DNA from: Antedon mediterranea
Lineage: Eukaryota > Animalia > Echinodermata
Length of the DNA stretch: 64,000 nucleotides
Direction of reading: 5' to 3'
Assembly (NCBI RefSeq): GCF_964355755.1
Contig: NC_092680.1
Location: 6,634,001 to 6,698,000, forward strand
The notes beneath the pieces were generated by a model. That model ran no database searches and was not told where the DNA came from. It worked only from the letters and a program-made list of their open reading frames with translations. Position numbers and translations under genes: made by a program. Each line of letters begins with the position of its first letter. The stretch's first letter is position 1. This document shows, one piece after another, positions 63,057 through 64,000 of this stretch.

Positions 63057-63898
63057 CCGTATATTTCGGTGTATAAGTCGCACCTGTCTATAAGACGCAC
63101 CCCCTAACTGAGAGTAAAATATAGGTATTTTTTATATCGTCGATGTATAAGACGCACCTTATATTTCCATCAAAACAATTTTTTTTTAAATTGTAATCAA
63201 TATTATTGTAATAATATATTTTGTTATATCTACAACGGCGTCCTTTATTTATGTTTTTTCTTACCTAGGCTCGGCCTCGCCCAGCCTCAACAAGTTCTTT
63301 CTAACTTGTTATTCAAGAGTTTCGCACCCGCAACATCGAGTGCATGACCGTGTGTGTAACACGTACGTACGTGTGGGCTAGCCTCGCTCGATCATTTCGA
63401 GAGGGCGCACGTTTTCACGGACAATCGTATTCGATTAGTATCTATGTTTCCGAGAAGTGTGTACGCTAGGTCCATGCTATAATTACCTGGAGAATATACT
63501 AGTCGAATACCGTACACCATGTGGCCGCCAAGAAGGGCTTGCGCTGGGAGTACGGTGATCGTGCGTATAACTATAAATAAATACTAGCCTAGGCTATTCC
63601 AATCGTAAACGTTTACAAATGAAATTTTATAGGAGCGCCTACAACAGCTCCATAATGAACAAATCTTTTCATCATATTTAGTATAACATCATCTAAAATG
63701 CCTTGAAAACTAGGCAGAAGCAGGTTGCCGTTGTGTTAGTATAATGTAGCTAGTTTAGCCTACTCAGGCCTAGCAAACGAGGTGACGATATGTACAATCT
63801 GTGTGGTGAGGCATTTATGTTCGGTGTATAAGACGCACCCTTAATTTAGAGGTCAAATTTTCGTGTCAAAAGTGCGACTTATACACCGAAATATACGG
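63057..63898. mobile_element. Tc1/mariner-superfamily (Tc2/pogo-like) non-autonomous element (842 bp)
   Basis: Perfect 27-bp TIR CCGTATATTTCGGTGTATAAGTCGCAC; TA TSD on both sides; internal TATAAGACGCACC repeats; CpG-rich interior. Confidence 0.9.
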
Positions 63899-64000
63899 TA
63901 AAACACAGCTATAAATGATTTTGGTATGAGCTGCTTTTAACATTTGAAGCTAGAGTGTTTCCCTTAGTGTATTAATGGTGAATACGACCGCTATACATTT

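Overview
AT-rich eukaryotic (animal, probably marine invertebrate; inferred from GT-AG introns, the SMG5 sequence and the repeat families) genomic window. 0.5-15.2 kb: tandem array of four two-exon + strand paralogs encoding two N-terminal MYND zinc fingers fused to a DUF4470/SAM-methyltransferase-like region (~610-635 aa). Copies 1, 2 and 4 are intact. Copy 3 is a pseudogene (two frameshifts plus a 958-bp AcademH-like insertion with a 9-bp TSD). 15.2-44.5 kb: no recognisable protein gene, but many non-autonomous transposons, tRNA- and 5S-derived SINEs, LINE/Penelope remnants and enhancer-like CpG-retaining patches. 44.5-60.9 kb: the last five coding exons of SMG5 (PIN domain) on the - strand, with very long introns; the rest of the gene lies beyond the right edge. 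Best candidate for an undescribed system: the diversifying MYND-DUF4470 array, whose three intact copies each carry a kB/Rel-like TGGAAATTCC motif just upstream of the ATG.
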